From: Carcharhinus amblyrhynchos
Lineage: Eukaryota
Reading direction: 5' to 3'
Assembly: GCA_965287045.1 (NCBI GenBank)
Contig: OZ336885.1
Span: forward strand, 38,936,001 to 39,000,000
DNA length: 64,000 nt
Shown here: in pieces, positions 36,456 to 48,415 of the stretch
Layout of the letters: each line of letters starts with the position of its first letter
Numbering within the stretch: position 1 is the stretch's first letter
Notes under the pieces: model-generated
What the model was told of the DNA's origin: nothing
What the model saw: only the letters and a program-made list of their open reading frames with translations
Database searches by the model: none
Program-made: the position numbers and the translations under genes

Positions 36456-37620
36456 GGTTATGTAGGATATCATCAATTAAGGTTCATAGTAATATTCTAG
36501 AGGTAAGTTTCTGGGAGGATTAAAGTTTAACTTTAGAGAAAGGGATAAATGCCACTAAAGCAACTTGAAGACTAGTACAATTAAAACGTTAGGACCATGT
36601 TGAATTAAAGGATTAATAGCTGGAAAGGTAGGACCATGAAACAGCGGGTGGCCTTACTTAGCTGGAGAATTGTCCACTTTGCTTAAAAAGAAATGCAGAC
36701 CAGAGAGTTTCATTTGGAAGTTAGAATTACAACTAATTTTAAGACATTCAGTGAGCCCTGAAAGGCTATGTTATCATTGAAATGGGTGGAGCTTAGGAAG
36801 GTTCTAGGGTTTCAATTTGTGTGCGTGTTTGCTGGGGGAATAAGTATTCTGCAGCAGAAGATAGGGCCATATTGAAGAGGCGCCACTGATGGCAGGCTCC
36901 AGGTACCAATTGTATTAACGATAGCTAGCTAGCTTTGTGTAGTTCGGGCGCAAGAGAGTTCTCAGAAGTTTTTGAAAGCTCCATGGAGTCAGGGCTCAGG
37001 GGAACCTCTGAGAGCCATTCATGGCTTGCTGTAACTGGGGAAATTGGAGCTTGGTGAGATCCGGGGGCAGTAGCAGTCCAGTGAAGCTAGCTAGCCACTA
37101 AAGAGCTGAAACTGCAGCAGCGAGTAGAGACTGGAGTGCAGGGTCCAGGCAGAAATGAGGTTGAAACCCTGGAAAGTATGTAGTCATTGTGACAGTCCAA
37201 GGTGGAGCAACTGAAGGAATTTATAGGCTTGATCTTCGAAAGCGAACAATTTGTAGAACTATAAGAAGGATGGAATTTTAATGAAATTGGTTAACTCAAA
37301 GCATTTTTTCTTTGCCTGAATGAGTTGCTGATAAACCTATGGGATCTGTCTTTGTCTTATTTACTATTTATTGTGGTGTGTTTGCCTGTCAATTCACGAA
37401 TACCCTGAATTTTAGAGTATTAGATAGATAATGTTAATTATTTTATCTTTCTGACTTTATAAGATTTATTATTGTTTTTTTAAAAGATGTGTGGAATATT
37501 GTAGCTCTATTCTCTTAGCCAGTATCATGAATCTCAAAGTTAATCCACTTTAAACTGAAGGTTCTTGGTCCATAACCAAATCTTATCAAAAACATAGCAG
37601 TTTGGTCCAGGAACATAACA
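36456..37620 (+). mobile_element. Possible solo LTR (Gypsy-type)
   Basis: Ends ggtccaggaacataaca; possible start (g)gttatg; no TSD found. Confidence 0.35.
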
Positions 37621-39553
37621 AGGGACAGGCAATTGGCTCATACTGCAATTCTCAAAAGTTAGTGTTGATTTAGTCATCAACCAGATCCATTAATAGTATG
37701 CCAACTTTACAATCTCTTAACAGTTTTATGCTGTAGGTTTTTGAAATTAACTACCACAGAAAGAAGAACAAAAGGGGTGGGGGGGAACCGAAGAAAATGA
37801 GAGAAAAGAATTAGTGACCTTAGATGTTTTCTGCTTTGGCAAGCCTATGTACCAGGCCTGTTTCTAACATTTGTGTTCACCAGCCTCTGCAGTTTTCCTT
37901 GGCTTAATTGAAGAGCTAAACAAACTAATTAATCATTTCAACCCATAAAAATGACAGGATTCATACGGTAGCATTCTTCACCAGCTCCAATTTGTTTTTA
38001 AATCCCCGCAGCAATTTATTTGCTGAATATGCAAGTTTTCCCCCATGAAAATTACAAATTATAGTCAAGGTTAACTGCCTAATATTCTCATTCAATATTT
38101 ATTTTTTTTAAAGGGAGGAAGGGTTGCTGCTGAAAGTATTTTCTTTGGTTATGAAAACTGGTTTGTTAATCAAAATGACAAGGACACTGTCCTTTTGATA
38201 ATACCCTTCTTATATAACTGAATCATCGAGAATAAAAAATGAACTTTATTAATCAACAGCTCCTGATTAATTGTTACAGTGATAGCCATAAATTTTCCTT
38301 CATTTTAATAACCCTTGCAGAAAGCTAACTATCTCCCTTGTGATTAAGGGGCTTTTTGGGGCTAAAGCTTGTGCAGTAATGTCATTTCGGATACTTTGAC
38401 AGTGGTGAGACTATTCCATGGACAACCTTCATGGGTCTGACAGTTAAGAAATACAGTTATCACCCATATCCATGTAGGAATTCATCATTTCTATAGGTCC
38501 CAGACAGAATGAAAGAATTATTTTTACCAGGAAAATATCAAGGGACAGAATGTGACTTATAAGGGGACCTTTTCTCTTCCTTTCATTTTGCATAAAATTG
38601 TTATACTTGCATTAATTTTATTTTATTTTTCACTCAGGGAATGTGCTGAACAGCATTGGCTAAATAATTATGGGAATGAAGAATTAAATTAAGGAAGTAT
38701 GTGCTGTATCTAATTTGAGATGTTCTTCATGTCACAGTAAATGCTGTAATGAGGAACTCAATGCTGTGAAACCATCAAGAGATAGCTGGCCCTTTTCTGA
38801 GTTCTCCTGAAATTTTTTTTGAACATAAACTTATTTAATTAGCCAGCATTTCTTTCAGACTTTTGTTAGTTGTTTATTTGCCTCCCCATCAGTCTTGACA
38901 TACACCAATTAGTAGCATGTAATTGTTTAACCTTCTCATAGGACGCATAGAAAAGCAGAGTGCCGCAAGGAGACTAAACAGGGATTTTGGTTTTGTCAGC
39001 TATCACACATGAACTGTAAAGGAAACTGCTTTACATGCTGTAACTATAACCTTTTTACACCTCTAATCAGAGATTTACATGATTTTGTTCAATGACAGGA
39101 AGATTCTTGTTCCTCTAAAGTTTATTTCATTGGGTTAAATGCACATTTTAAACAATGTTAGACCAATGAAAATTGTGACAGTGATGATAATGCACGTGGC
39201 CATGAAGTCTAGAACTGAATGCAGTTCAATGCAGCCCTGCTTATTCTATTCTGTTGTGATTATCTTTCACGTTGGTCCTGAACTTACTTGTCAATGTCAG
39301 CTTCCCTCTGGAATGGCCAAAAATACTTTCCTAAGCTGCTAAAGCATGAGATTGGCATGCAACAGTTTGTCAGAAGGAAAAAAAACCCTCAAAAACAAAA
39401 CTGATGATTTTATCACGTGAGAAGATCAGAAGCCCATGCCTCACGCTTTTAAATGACAGGGAATATAAACTATAAATCCTGGTCCCATGTATTCTGATCC
39501 AGACTCTCCTTGTATTGTTGAAAGGAGACATGGAGCCCTTAGGACTAGATTAT

Positions 39554-39720
39554 GCAGGTTTGTCCAACCTTTTCGCGTGAGGGGCCATGTTTCAATTCTT
39601 TCCACACTCAAGAGGCTACTGTGCAAATTTCGAAAAGATAAACTTTGGTGTAACATTAACATGAAGTTCAATAAAATGTTGAGGTTTGAAGGAGAGAAAC
39701 AACTTCCTGTCCAAAACTAA
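39554..39720. mobile_element. hAT-like DNA transposon end
   Basis: caggtttgtccaaccttttcgcgtgaggggcca resembles hAT/Charlie termini; the other end was not found. Confidence 0.4.
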
Positions 39721-39748
39721 AGTATTGTCAAAGAAATATATTGATCAG

Positions 39749-40359
39749 TGTAGTAGGACAGAATCCAATATTGGGGCAAATCCAGGATGTACATGTAACA
39801 GCAGGAAAAGGAATATCGAATAAAGGGTTAAAATTCAGGGTCCACTGTAACTGCGAACAGACATACCCAATTATTATCTCAGACTGCCTATAATAACCTT
39901 ACAGGTGAGATCATTTCAAGGCCTTGGTGAACAATGCAGGGTCGATACTGATTAGCAAGGCTTCACTGAGTCTAGAGAAGCCATTGTTCCTAGAAAGTGG
40001 GGAGATGAGATGGTTATCACACCATTGAAGCCTATTTATCCCACACATTGCTTTTCTATCACAAAACAGATGGACAAGGATAGCTGGACACAACCGATTA
40101 ACATGAAGTATCCAGGACAATAGACTTGCCTAATATGATCAACTATAATCAATATAAGCTATTCGTATCAATGATAGCCTGTATTACAATACACTGAACC
40201 TCAGAGAACAGTATAAGTAATGTGAACAGCCTTTGTATCTTTAGAATCCGCCTATAGATTGGACTTCACTGGGTTCGGGGCTGATTCTCCCTCGTGCACA
40301 TGGAAATAAAACTGAAGCCTGACACAGACTCAAAGATTCCTCATTTATTCCCTCTTACA
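39749..40359 (+). mobile_element. Solo LTR, 611 bp
   Basis: TGTA...TACA termini; perfect TSD ATCAG (39744-39748 and 40360-40364); TATAA near 40212 and AATAAA near 40305. Confidence 0.85.
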
Positions 40360-40860
40360 ATCAGTCACTTGCTACATTTTAATGAGGTTCTGTCTATTTG
40401 GGATGCACCTTTCAAGGAAGAGTTCTCTTTTGTACTGATCCCCAATGTGACACATCAAGTTCCAATTGGCCCATATTAATGGAGATAATCTGGTGTAAAG
40501 GATGATGTAATTTCTAAGAGAATGATAAATGGTCATTCTGTTGAATGCAGGAATGGCTTGCACAGGAAACTGCTACTGTTATGTCACTAAAGTTTAAGAG
40601 GAAATCTCTCCAAAAGCTCTGGCAGAGCCTTGTAGTTCATGTCATATGAATTACTTCAATTGGAGATGCAAATTAACCATAAGTGTAAGTGACTTCATAA
40701 TTGTTCCACAGTTCTAACTAAAACAGGACACTGACAATAGATACAAAGTCTGTGAGAAAGTTATTCCTTCATTCACAGAAACATTTTCTAAGAAAAGTCA
40801 TCAGTTCGCAGAAATAAAAGTTAGAAATCAATTATTCCACATGTCTCCCTCACGCATATT

Positions 40861-42034
40861 GGCTGAGATTCTCCCAAAAAAATTTTGAAGTTCCTGATGT
40901 ATGGAAAAGTGGGAGTGAATCCCGCCAGTTTATTTGGCGTGATTTCCAGAATGAATCTCTGACTCTCTCTGCATCTCAGAGTGCCTTAGTGGGATTCCCT
41001 CTGTGAAGTGGTGAACAAGCCTATTCCTGCTGGGGAGGCCAGCAGCAAAATGCTGAGTGGGTCACTGCACATGCATCGATCCGCCAGAGCAGAGATTGGC
41101 ACATGCACAGTGGCCCTCCATTGTTGACCTTCCGATTGCTGGCCAGCCCTGCAACCCTCCATCATTGGCCTTCTGAACATGCCATCTTCCCTGATTGCTG
41201 GCCTCCCAGACCTTCCTCGCTAGCCTCTATGCTGACCCCCCAGCCAGCCCTAATCTCCATGAACACCCCCACCACCAACAAGCCCCAATTTGCACTTCAA
41301 GAGTCCCTCCCCATCCCCACACCAATGACCAGCCCCGAAATCCCCCAACCCGATGGCCAGCCACAATCCTGCTCTCCCCTTGCCAGCCCTGATCGCCTTC
41401 CTTCTTCCTCTCCCACTGATGCTAGTGCAGAGTGGCAGTGGGTCGACTCTCCCCCAATGATTGCACCCCTCAGTAGACCTGATGCCCAGTAAGCCCTCAC
41501 AGCCCTGCCCACTTAGCATTGCCCTGTGCCTGATGCCTCATGGGCAATGTCAAGGTGCCCTTTGGTCATTTCCAGTTTGTCCCGAAGGTAGTGCTAGCCT
41601 GGCACCCTGGCATTGCCAAGGAGCACCCCCTCTTATTCCTGATCTTCCAGGAGGTCTCAATGGTCTCTCCTCCCACCAATGGAGTCAGCCACAGGTTCCC
41701 TGTTAATGAGGCGCAGTTGTAAATCCTGTGGGAAGCAACCACTCCTGGCTGCAGTGGGGGAGGGGGGGAGCAGGTGAAGGGTGGAGAGAGACACTAACAG
41801 GCCCAGAGAACTCCATCCAGGTCCGCTCATTATATAGAGTTATCAGTTTCAATGATATTTCCATATGATAATCAGCTCCATGCTGATTTCCAGTGCGAGT
41901 TGATTACATCAGAAAACCTAGGAGATTTGCAGAGGCTATGGTGCCCAGTGGGAATCGTGTGAAATAGCCGCAGCTGATGTCTCCCAGCACACTGCACGAC
42001 GAGAGCAGTACAGCGGGCTGGGAGAATCACCTCC
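40861..42034. mobile_element. ~1.17-kb Harbinger-like non-autonomous element
   Basis: Ends GGCTGAGATTCTCCCA and TGGGAGAATCACCTCC; GC-rich, no credible ORF. Confidence 0.75.
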
Positions 42035-42244
42035 AAAATATTTTTTGCTTGTGATGTACTTCCCTAAGATCTTTGCAATTGCTTGTTCCCCTTTCTTTCC
42101 CAACTTTTTGTCCTTTTCCAGCAGAAAATGGATTCTCATGCTAAGCCAGATCCTTAAAATTCAGTGAGCTTCCATAACAGTGCATTTTGAGAGATTCCAT
42201 TTGTGAATGCAAATGGATTTATTTAGTGATCTTGAAGACAGCAC

Positions 42245-42385
42245 CCCTTTTCAGCCAGCTCTGCTGTGGGAAAATTCCTCTGCCTGGGGTGATTCTGCAC
42301 TCTGAGTCCTGATTGGTCACCTAGGTCAGGTGACCCTTACTCGGCTGTGTTGCCCTTAAAGGGACAATAATCATACCCTTCCACT
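42245..42385 (-). mobile_element. LTR fragment related to the 33830-35527 element
   Basis: caggtgaccc...gctgtgttgcccttaaagggacaat shared with 33.97 kb and 35.49 kb. Confidence 0.6.
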
Positions 42386-42389
42386 ACCT

Positions 42390-42488
42390 TCAGGATGACA
42401 GTTCACCACCTCCTTTTCAAGAGCAATTAGGGATGAACAATAAATGCTGACCTAGCTAATGAAACCTACGTCCCCTGAATATTTTTTT
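42390..42488 (+). mobile_element. RSg-1-like LINE extreme 3' tail
   Basis: gcaattagggatgaacaataaatgctgacctagc. Confidence 0.65.
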
Positions 42489-42549
42489 GTCAGTGCTGTC
42501 AGTATCAGCATTTGGTTATGAAGGCATTACAGTTATTACATATGCATTC

Positions 42550-42746
42550 ATCCACAAGGAACAGTGATCAAGATGAACACTGGCTAATTCCTAATCCAGG
42601 ACTATTAAGATCAGCTGTAGTGCTCCAATTGCTGCCATGGCTAAAATTGACCTCTGCTGCATGACCCAGGGATTGAACTTTTGTCATCATGATGACTCAG
42701 TGCCACATAATGCATTATATTTTTCTACAAAGCAACCAGAGGAGCC
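42550..42746 (-). mobile_element. Old tRNA-derived SINE (AmnSINE2-like)
   Basis: rc gctcctctggttgct...ggcactgagtca...gttcaatccctgg (B-box-like); family assignment from memory. Confidence 0.4.
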
Positions 42747-44787
42747 TATAATGTTTTTAGAAAATCAGCCAAATGGCATCATCAATGGGTTCCATCATCT
42801 GGAGCCATTATAAGAAATATAAATATTAGGCGGCATTTTCGTTGACTTTTAAATCTTTCATTTTCTTTTCTGCCTGAATTTTGTGCTAGACATCGTCAAG
42901 GTGTTGACTGAAAACTGAGCACAATAGTGCGAATGATCTGAATTAACAGGAACCATTTGTGCTGACACAGCCCTGGGTTAATAATTGTTTCGCTACTTAC
43001 TATAATTTGGCTCCATCACTGACCAGGTCTGTTTCTCATAGCTGTCATCAGGATTCACTAATTAAACATAAATCCAGATGAAAGATAATGATAATTCTTT
43101 GGAAAAGTTCTGATGTTAAAAGTGGCTCCAATTAGGAGATTTATTCTTCAGTGCTTTATTGGAATTGTGCCTACTGTTATTCAAAGTGTTGAAGTTCTGC
43201 GGTACACAATTGACTTTTATATAATACAATTGGATGAATTTATATACATGCTTATAGCACAGAGCATCTGCCATAGCAGGAGTTAGCTATATTTAATTAA
43301 ATATAATGCTTGGTACATATTCTATCATTTTAATGTTAGAGTAGATTTCATGCAAAATCCTCTTTGAATTACACCTCAGATTACACAAACCAAACACATG
43401 AAGATCTTTAGTAAACAAATTGAGCTAGAGTAAACTGCATTGCAAATGATAGACCTTTGATGAACTGAAGACCAAGCTATGAACTCTCAAATTATCTTCA
43501 TAAACCGTTCATAAATTAATATAGTGATCCTATGGATATCTGCCAGAATTCTGCAGATGTCTGCACATTAGGCCTATGTAGGTTAACAATTACTGCCGTC
43601 TCTAACTTTTTGGTTTGAAATCTGGTTGAAAGGACAATCAAATACAAAATTGCATTCAGACAATTCAGACTTTATTATTGCACCTTTGACAGGCTGAATA
43701 ATTGTGTCATTTTAACTGCAGAGAAACCACTGTAATATTCATTTATATTAATTTGGTTCAGAGTTATTTTGCTTTTTTAGGTATAGAATACTATGTAAAA
43801 GGCAACATTTAACAAGAGAATGTACCAATTTTCATGAACACCAATTTGTACTTAAAATACATAATTCTTGATCAGTTTTACAATCGGCTATTATTAATCC
43901 TTTTCCTTAAATAAGTATTTTCCTACATGCAAAATTACCTACACCATGGAGGGCAATTCTCCCATCCCACTTAAGTAGCTCAGCGGACAGGGAGGCATAA
44001 GCAGGGGGCCTGTAGTGGGACTTGTGACCAGCGTCCTACTGATCACGAGTCTCCCATGCAATGGTCGGAATTCTCCCAAAAAAATTCTAAGTGTCAAATT
44101 CGCTTGAAAACTGGAGTAGGTCACACTGGTTTTCTCAGCGGGGTTTTAAAAATGAATCTCTCACCCTCTGTGCATTGCAGAGAGCACTAGTGAAAAATCC
44201 CAAGGACGGGGCTTATTCCCACTGAAGGGTGAAATCAGTGTACTGAGTAGGTATCTGCGCATGCGTACGTCTCTGGGAGGTCACTAAACAAATCCTCTCA
44301 CCATTGAAATCACTAGTCTCATCACTGGTGCCTCTCTACCCCCACATGTGTCAATGGCTTGAATGCTGGCCTCTCACCACCCACCCCCCACAATGGACAT
44401 TGCTGGCCTCCCCATCCCCAGTGACCCAGACATTGCTAGCTCTCCCCATCCCTTTCCCCCTCACTGCTGCCTTGCACCCAAATAGCACTGTGCAGCCAAG
44501 CACACCCCCTGCCTGTGAGCATTCCCCCTTGGTGAGTGAGAGCCCTGGTCATTGCACATCCCCCTGGTCACAGTACCTTGTTGAGTTGAGAGCCTTGAGC
44601 ATTGCAATCAGCATCTTTGCAGAAGACTCACCCTCTGTTGAAAGCAGGTTTGCCAGTACATTTCTCACAAGGAATTTTAACTGACGGGTCAATCACTGGG
44701 CCAAACTGACTGCACCTGGACTCCTCCAATAGGGCAGAGTTCCATATAAGCTGCAATGATGGATACACAGTCAGTCACACCAGGAAG

Positions 44788-45267
44788 ATGGCCCCAAAGA
44801 AATTTGTCCTGAGATTCATGGAGACTGAGCAGGCCTGCCTGCTCTATGCAGTGGAGAAGAGGCGCCAGCTGCTATTCCCCACTCAGGGCTGTCACCCAAG
44901 GGCTCCCACAACAAAGGCATTGTGGGATGCAGTGGCATCCGCCGTTAACACCAGGGCTCTGACACCTCGGTCCGCAAAGCAGTGCCACAAGAAACTGAAT
45001 GGTTTTCTTCAGGAGCTGCATCCAACCCCTGTGCCGCAAACCGCGACCCCCCGCCACCCCCCCCCCCCACATCTCCTCCACACCCCCACTTCCCCTCCAA
45101 GCAGTGATCCATTTCCCCGAAATGGGCAACACAAGCTCCCCAACTCAGACACACATTGTATCCCATACCCTTCCATACAGCCATGCTTTCAATCTCTCAT
45201 GTCCCCACAGGAGAAAAATGCACACAACTGCTGTAAGAGGGCAATGACTGGTGACGGTGGCTGCTGA
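44788..45267 (+). pseudogene. Harbinger Myb/SANT-like (trihelix) DNA-binding protein remnant, NAIF1/MSANTD-like family
   Basis: RFMETEQACLLYAVEKRRQLLF...LWDAVASAVN...RSAKQCHKKLN; acceptor ccccacag at 45210 followed by EKNAHN...AMTGDGG then a stop. Confidence 0.8.
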
Positions 45268-45904
45268 CGCTCTGCGAGCCCTGGAGCTGGTAGGGGGAGA
45301 CTCCACGCCTAGATTTGGTCAGGTATTTGGCCATATGGGTGACAGGGTCCAGGACATTCTGGAGACATAGCGGGTCATGGCAGAGAGATAGTGGATCACT
45401 GTCAGGAGTGTCACTGGCATCCAGAAGGCACATCGGTCCGTGGCCATGGGAGTTGGGAGCACGCTGGGGACACTGTTGGCCATGGCTGGGACTCTCGCTT
45501 GGATTCTGCACACAGAGCAGGCCATGTTTGTGCGCCTCTACAACTTAGCCCAGTCTAAGGGGCTAATGCTGAAGGTCTCCAGAGCTTGGCTGAGTTGCAC
45601 ATTGAGGGAGTGGAAGACCTTTCGGTTGATGAATGGATTGCCCCTCACCTTACGGAGACCACAGGGTGGTGTGTCCCGTCCACTACCCCCTGGACATGGG
45701 GCATTCCAGCAATGACTGCAAAGCCTGCAGCCTGGGCCTCCTGCTGACCCTGTCTAATAATAAAGTGCAAGTATTGTCCTGCCCAGGTGAACAAGGTGTC
45801 TGTCACTTGGCAAACACATCTGTGGACAGAGGCCTGAGATTCCTCTCAGCTCACCACTGGGTGCCTGAAATGAACCTGTTACGTACAAGTTAAGGGCTGT
45901 CGTC

Positions 45905-46065
45905 ATCTTAATTTCAGCTGGCAGTGCCAGGTGTGCAAGTACCTCACACTGACCGTGTCCTTAGATAGGCAGAGCCCGCAATGGCACATGACTCTGACAG
46001 CCCCTCGAAAAATGTCCTGATCTGGTAATGTCCAGACTCTGCATCCTCCTTCTCCTGGCCACCCT
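45905..46065 (-). pseudogene. Harbinger transposase N-terminal remnant
   Basis: Frameshifted RRRR / YQIRTFFEGLSE / MCHCGLCLSKDTV resembles the HARBI1-type N-terminus; no DDE core seen. Confidence 0.5.
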
Positions 46066-47908
46066 TCCAGGAGGCTGCCCTCCCACCTCATGGCCTACAG
46101 CAGCAGCTTCGGCCCTCCTTCCTGAGACCTGCCACTGGCTGCTCCTATTGTGGTGTACCTGTGTTCTCCACCTCCTGAGCTGCCTGACTCACCACTGTGA
46201 TGGCCAGCTTTAGATCAATAAGACCGAGATCCATTCTGCACAGTGGGGGTTAGAGAGAGAGAGAGATGGAGAGATAATGTCATTGCTTGCACCTAGCCCA
46301 GCGCCACTCCCAGCTCCCCCACCATGCTTCTCCCCCAATCCCTCACTTGTGGATGCTGGAAACACAACACAATCTGGGGTGCTATGTATCTGATTTAGTT
46401 TGGCTGCCGTTGGCATCGACTGGCAGGGAGAACATGCATGTTGGTGTGCGAGTGTGGCCATTGTGCACCCTTGAGCCATTACCAGGGGTACAACTACGGC
46501 ATTCCCTTTCAGGCATATTGTAGTTCAGCGATACGGGGCAGGGACAGACTCCTAATTATCAGAAGATGGGTTCCCATTCACTGCAGAGTCCATGCAGTAT
46601 GTGTGTCTATGTTAACCAGAGCATCCCTGCTTGGAGCATCAGCTGCCTGAACTGATGAGCCCTCAAGTAACATCGTGTGCTATTCCCTGGCTAAAACCCT
46701 AGCACTCAGTCCAGTCCTTCACCACACCCCACGGGCAGAACAAAGGAACAGCCCAGTGGCGATACACAGCAACCTGATCAGCAGTCAATAAAGGACCCCA
46801 CCCTACCCCAGAGACTACAAGGAACATCCCTGGGACCGGGACAGCACTTCCAGCTCTCCAGGAAGTGCCCCGCAGCAAGCAGAAAATTTCCAGGCCCTGC
46901 TTCCAATCTCCTCTGAGGGCTGCAGCCCCATAACGCTTACCTCTTTCCTCCTGTACAACACTGCCACATCAGCTCCCAACTTGTAGTGGTAATCCCCACA
47001 CCTGCATGACATCATGCAGAGTCATGACGGCGGGGCTGGGGGCAGAGATTCTAATCGCGGATCCACTAATTATATTTAAAGGTATGAAATGCATGCTAAT
47101 CTACATTCATTTTCAGCGTGGATTCCTCCACACCAAAAATCTTAGGCTGGAAGACATGCTCAGGGCCAGCACAAATCCCACACATCGGCTGGCACTCAAA
47201 TCTTCCAGCCCGCTGTACTAAAAAATTAGTGCAGTGGGATGGGAGAATCATCCCCAATGTTTTTAGATGTATTTAGCCCAGCACTAGAGTTTAGTGCAAG
47301 GCTGATGACCATATGATTAGTAGCCTGGGACATATTCTCCTTGAGCGGAGGTGGGGAAAGAGACACTAGCGAGGGGATAATCTGCGGTGATAGCCATGCC
47401 TGATTGGGATGGGGGAGTGGTTGTGAGGAGGAGAGGTGAAAGGGGCGGGGTAGTTTGATGGACATGCTGTATGTTTGTTAGAAGCCCACAGAATGGGCAC
47501 ATTGTGATGAGAGTCAGTGCATAACACTGTTTTGGTACTTGGCTAACTCCCTTCCTCAAACATGAACCTGCACCAGTACCATTTACAAGCACTGAATGTG
47601 ACATTCAGATAAGGCGTTTGGTGGAATTACTGTGCCGTGTGTTGTTGGACAAGCTCTCAGAAGTTGTTTGAGTCACAATAGGGTGGTCCTGGACTTTTCC
47701 AAAGAATTCAGTGGATTTTGAAGACTCTAAAACAGTAGGTTTGCCCTCTGTAGTGTGGACTATAGTCACAGGTCTACTCAAATTGCAGCACAACAGAGAG
47801 GTGGAGACAAGCAATGGCGAGGGGAAACTGTTCGCAAAGGGAGGAAGAGCACTTCAACTGAAGGCGATACCCACCATGGATATCAGAGAGCACTTCTGAT
47901 ATATAGGA

Positions 47909-48145
47909 AGGGCAGCGGTATAGTGGTAATGTCATTGGTTTTATTATCAAGAGATCCAGATTAATGATCTAGGGGCTCAGATTCAAATCCGACCATAGCA
48001 GCTGAATTTAAATTCAGTTAATAAACTTGGATTTAAAAAAAGTTAGTCCTAGTAAAGTCTTGGTCATTGCGTATTTAAGACATAACCATATTGTTGTAAA
48101 AACACATCTGATTCACTAATGCCTTTTCATGAAAGAAATCACCAT
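47909..48145 (+). mobile_element. SlmI-like SINE 5' part
   Basis: ggcagcggtatagtggtaatgtca...gattcaaatcc...catctgattcactaatgcc. Confidence 0.7.
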
Positions 48146-48149
48146 ATTT

Positions 48150-48415
48150 ATGTTGGACAATTAACAGGAGGAGGAGGCTTCACAGACATCCTCAATAATG
48201 GAGGAGCCCAGCACCATCAGCCCAAAAGACAATTTGAAACATTTGCTACTATTTTCAGACATAAGTGCCAAGTGGAAGATTTATCTCAGCCTACTTCTGA
48301 ATTTCCCAGCAAGATGCCAGTCTCCAGCCAATTCGATTCACACCATATGACACGAATCAGCTGAAGGCACTGAATACAGTTAAGGCTTTGGGCCCTGTCA
48401 ACATTGTAGCAAGTA
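48150..48415 (+). mobile_element. RSg-1-like LINE internal fragment
   Basis: Homologous to 14800-15040 (ccaattcgattcac). Confidence 0.7.

Larger units (their letters stand above)
43948..47255. mobile_element. Decayed PIF/Harbinger transposon with Myb gene (+) and transposase remnant (-)
   Basis: TIR core ATTCTCCCATCCCACT / AGTGGGATGGGAGAAT with further subterminal similarity; two convergent gene remnants inside. Confidence 0.8.
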
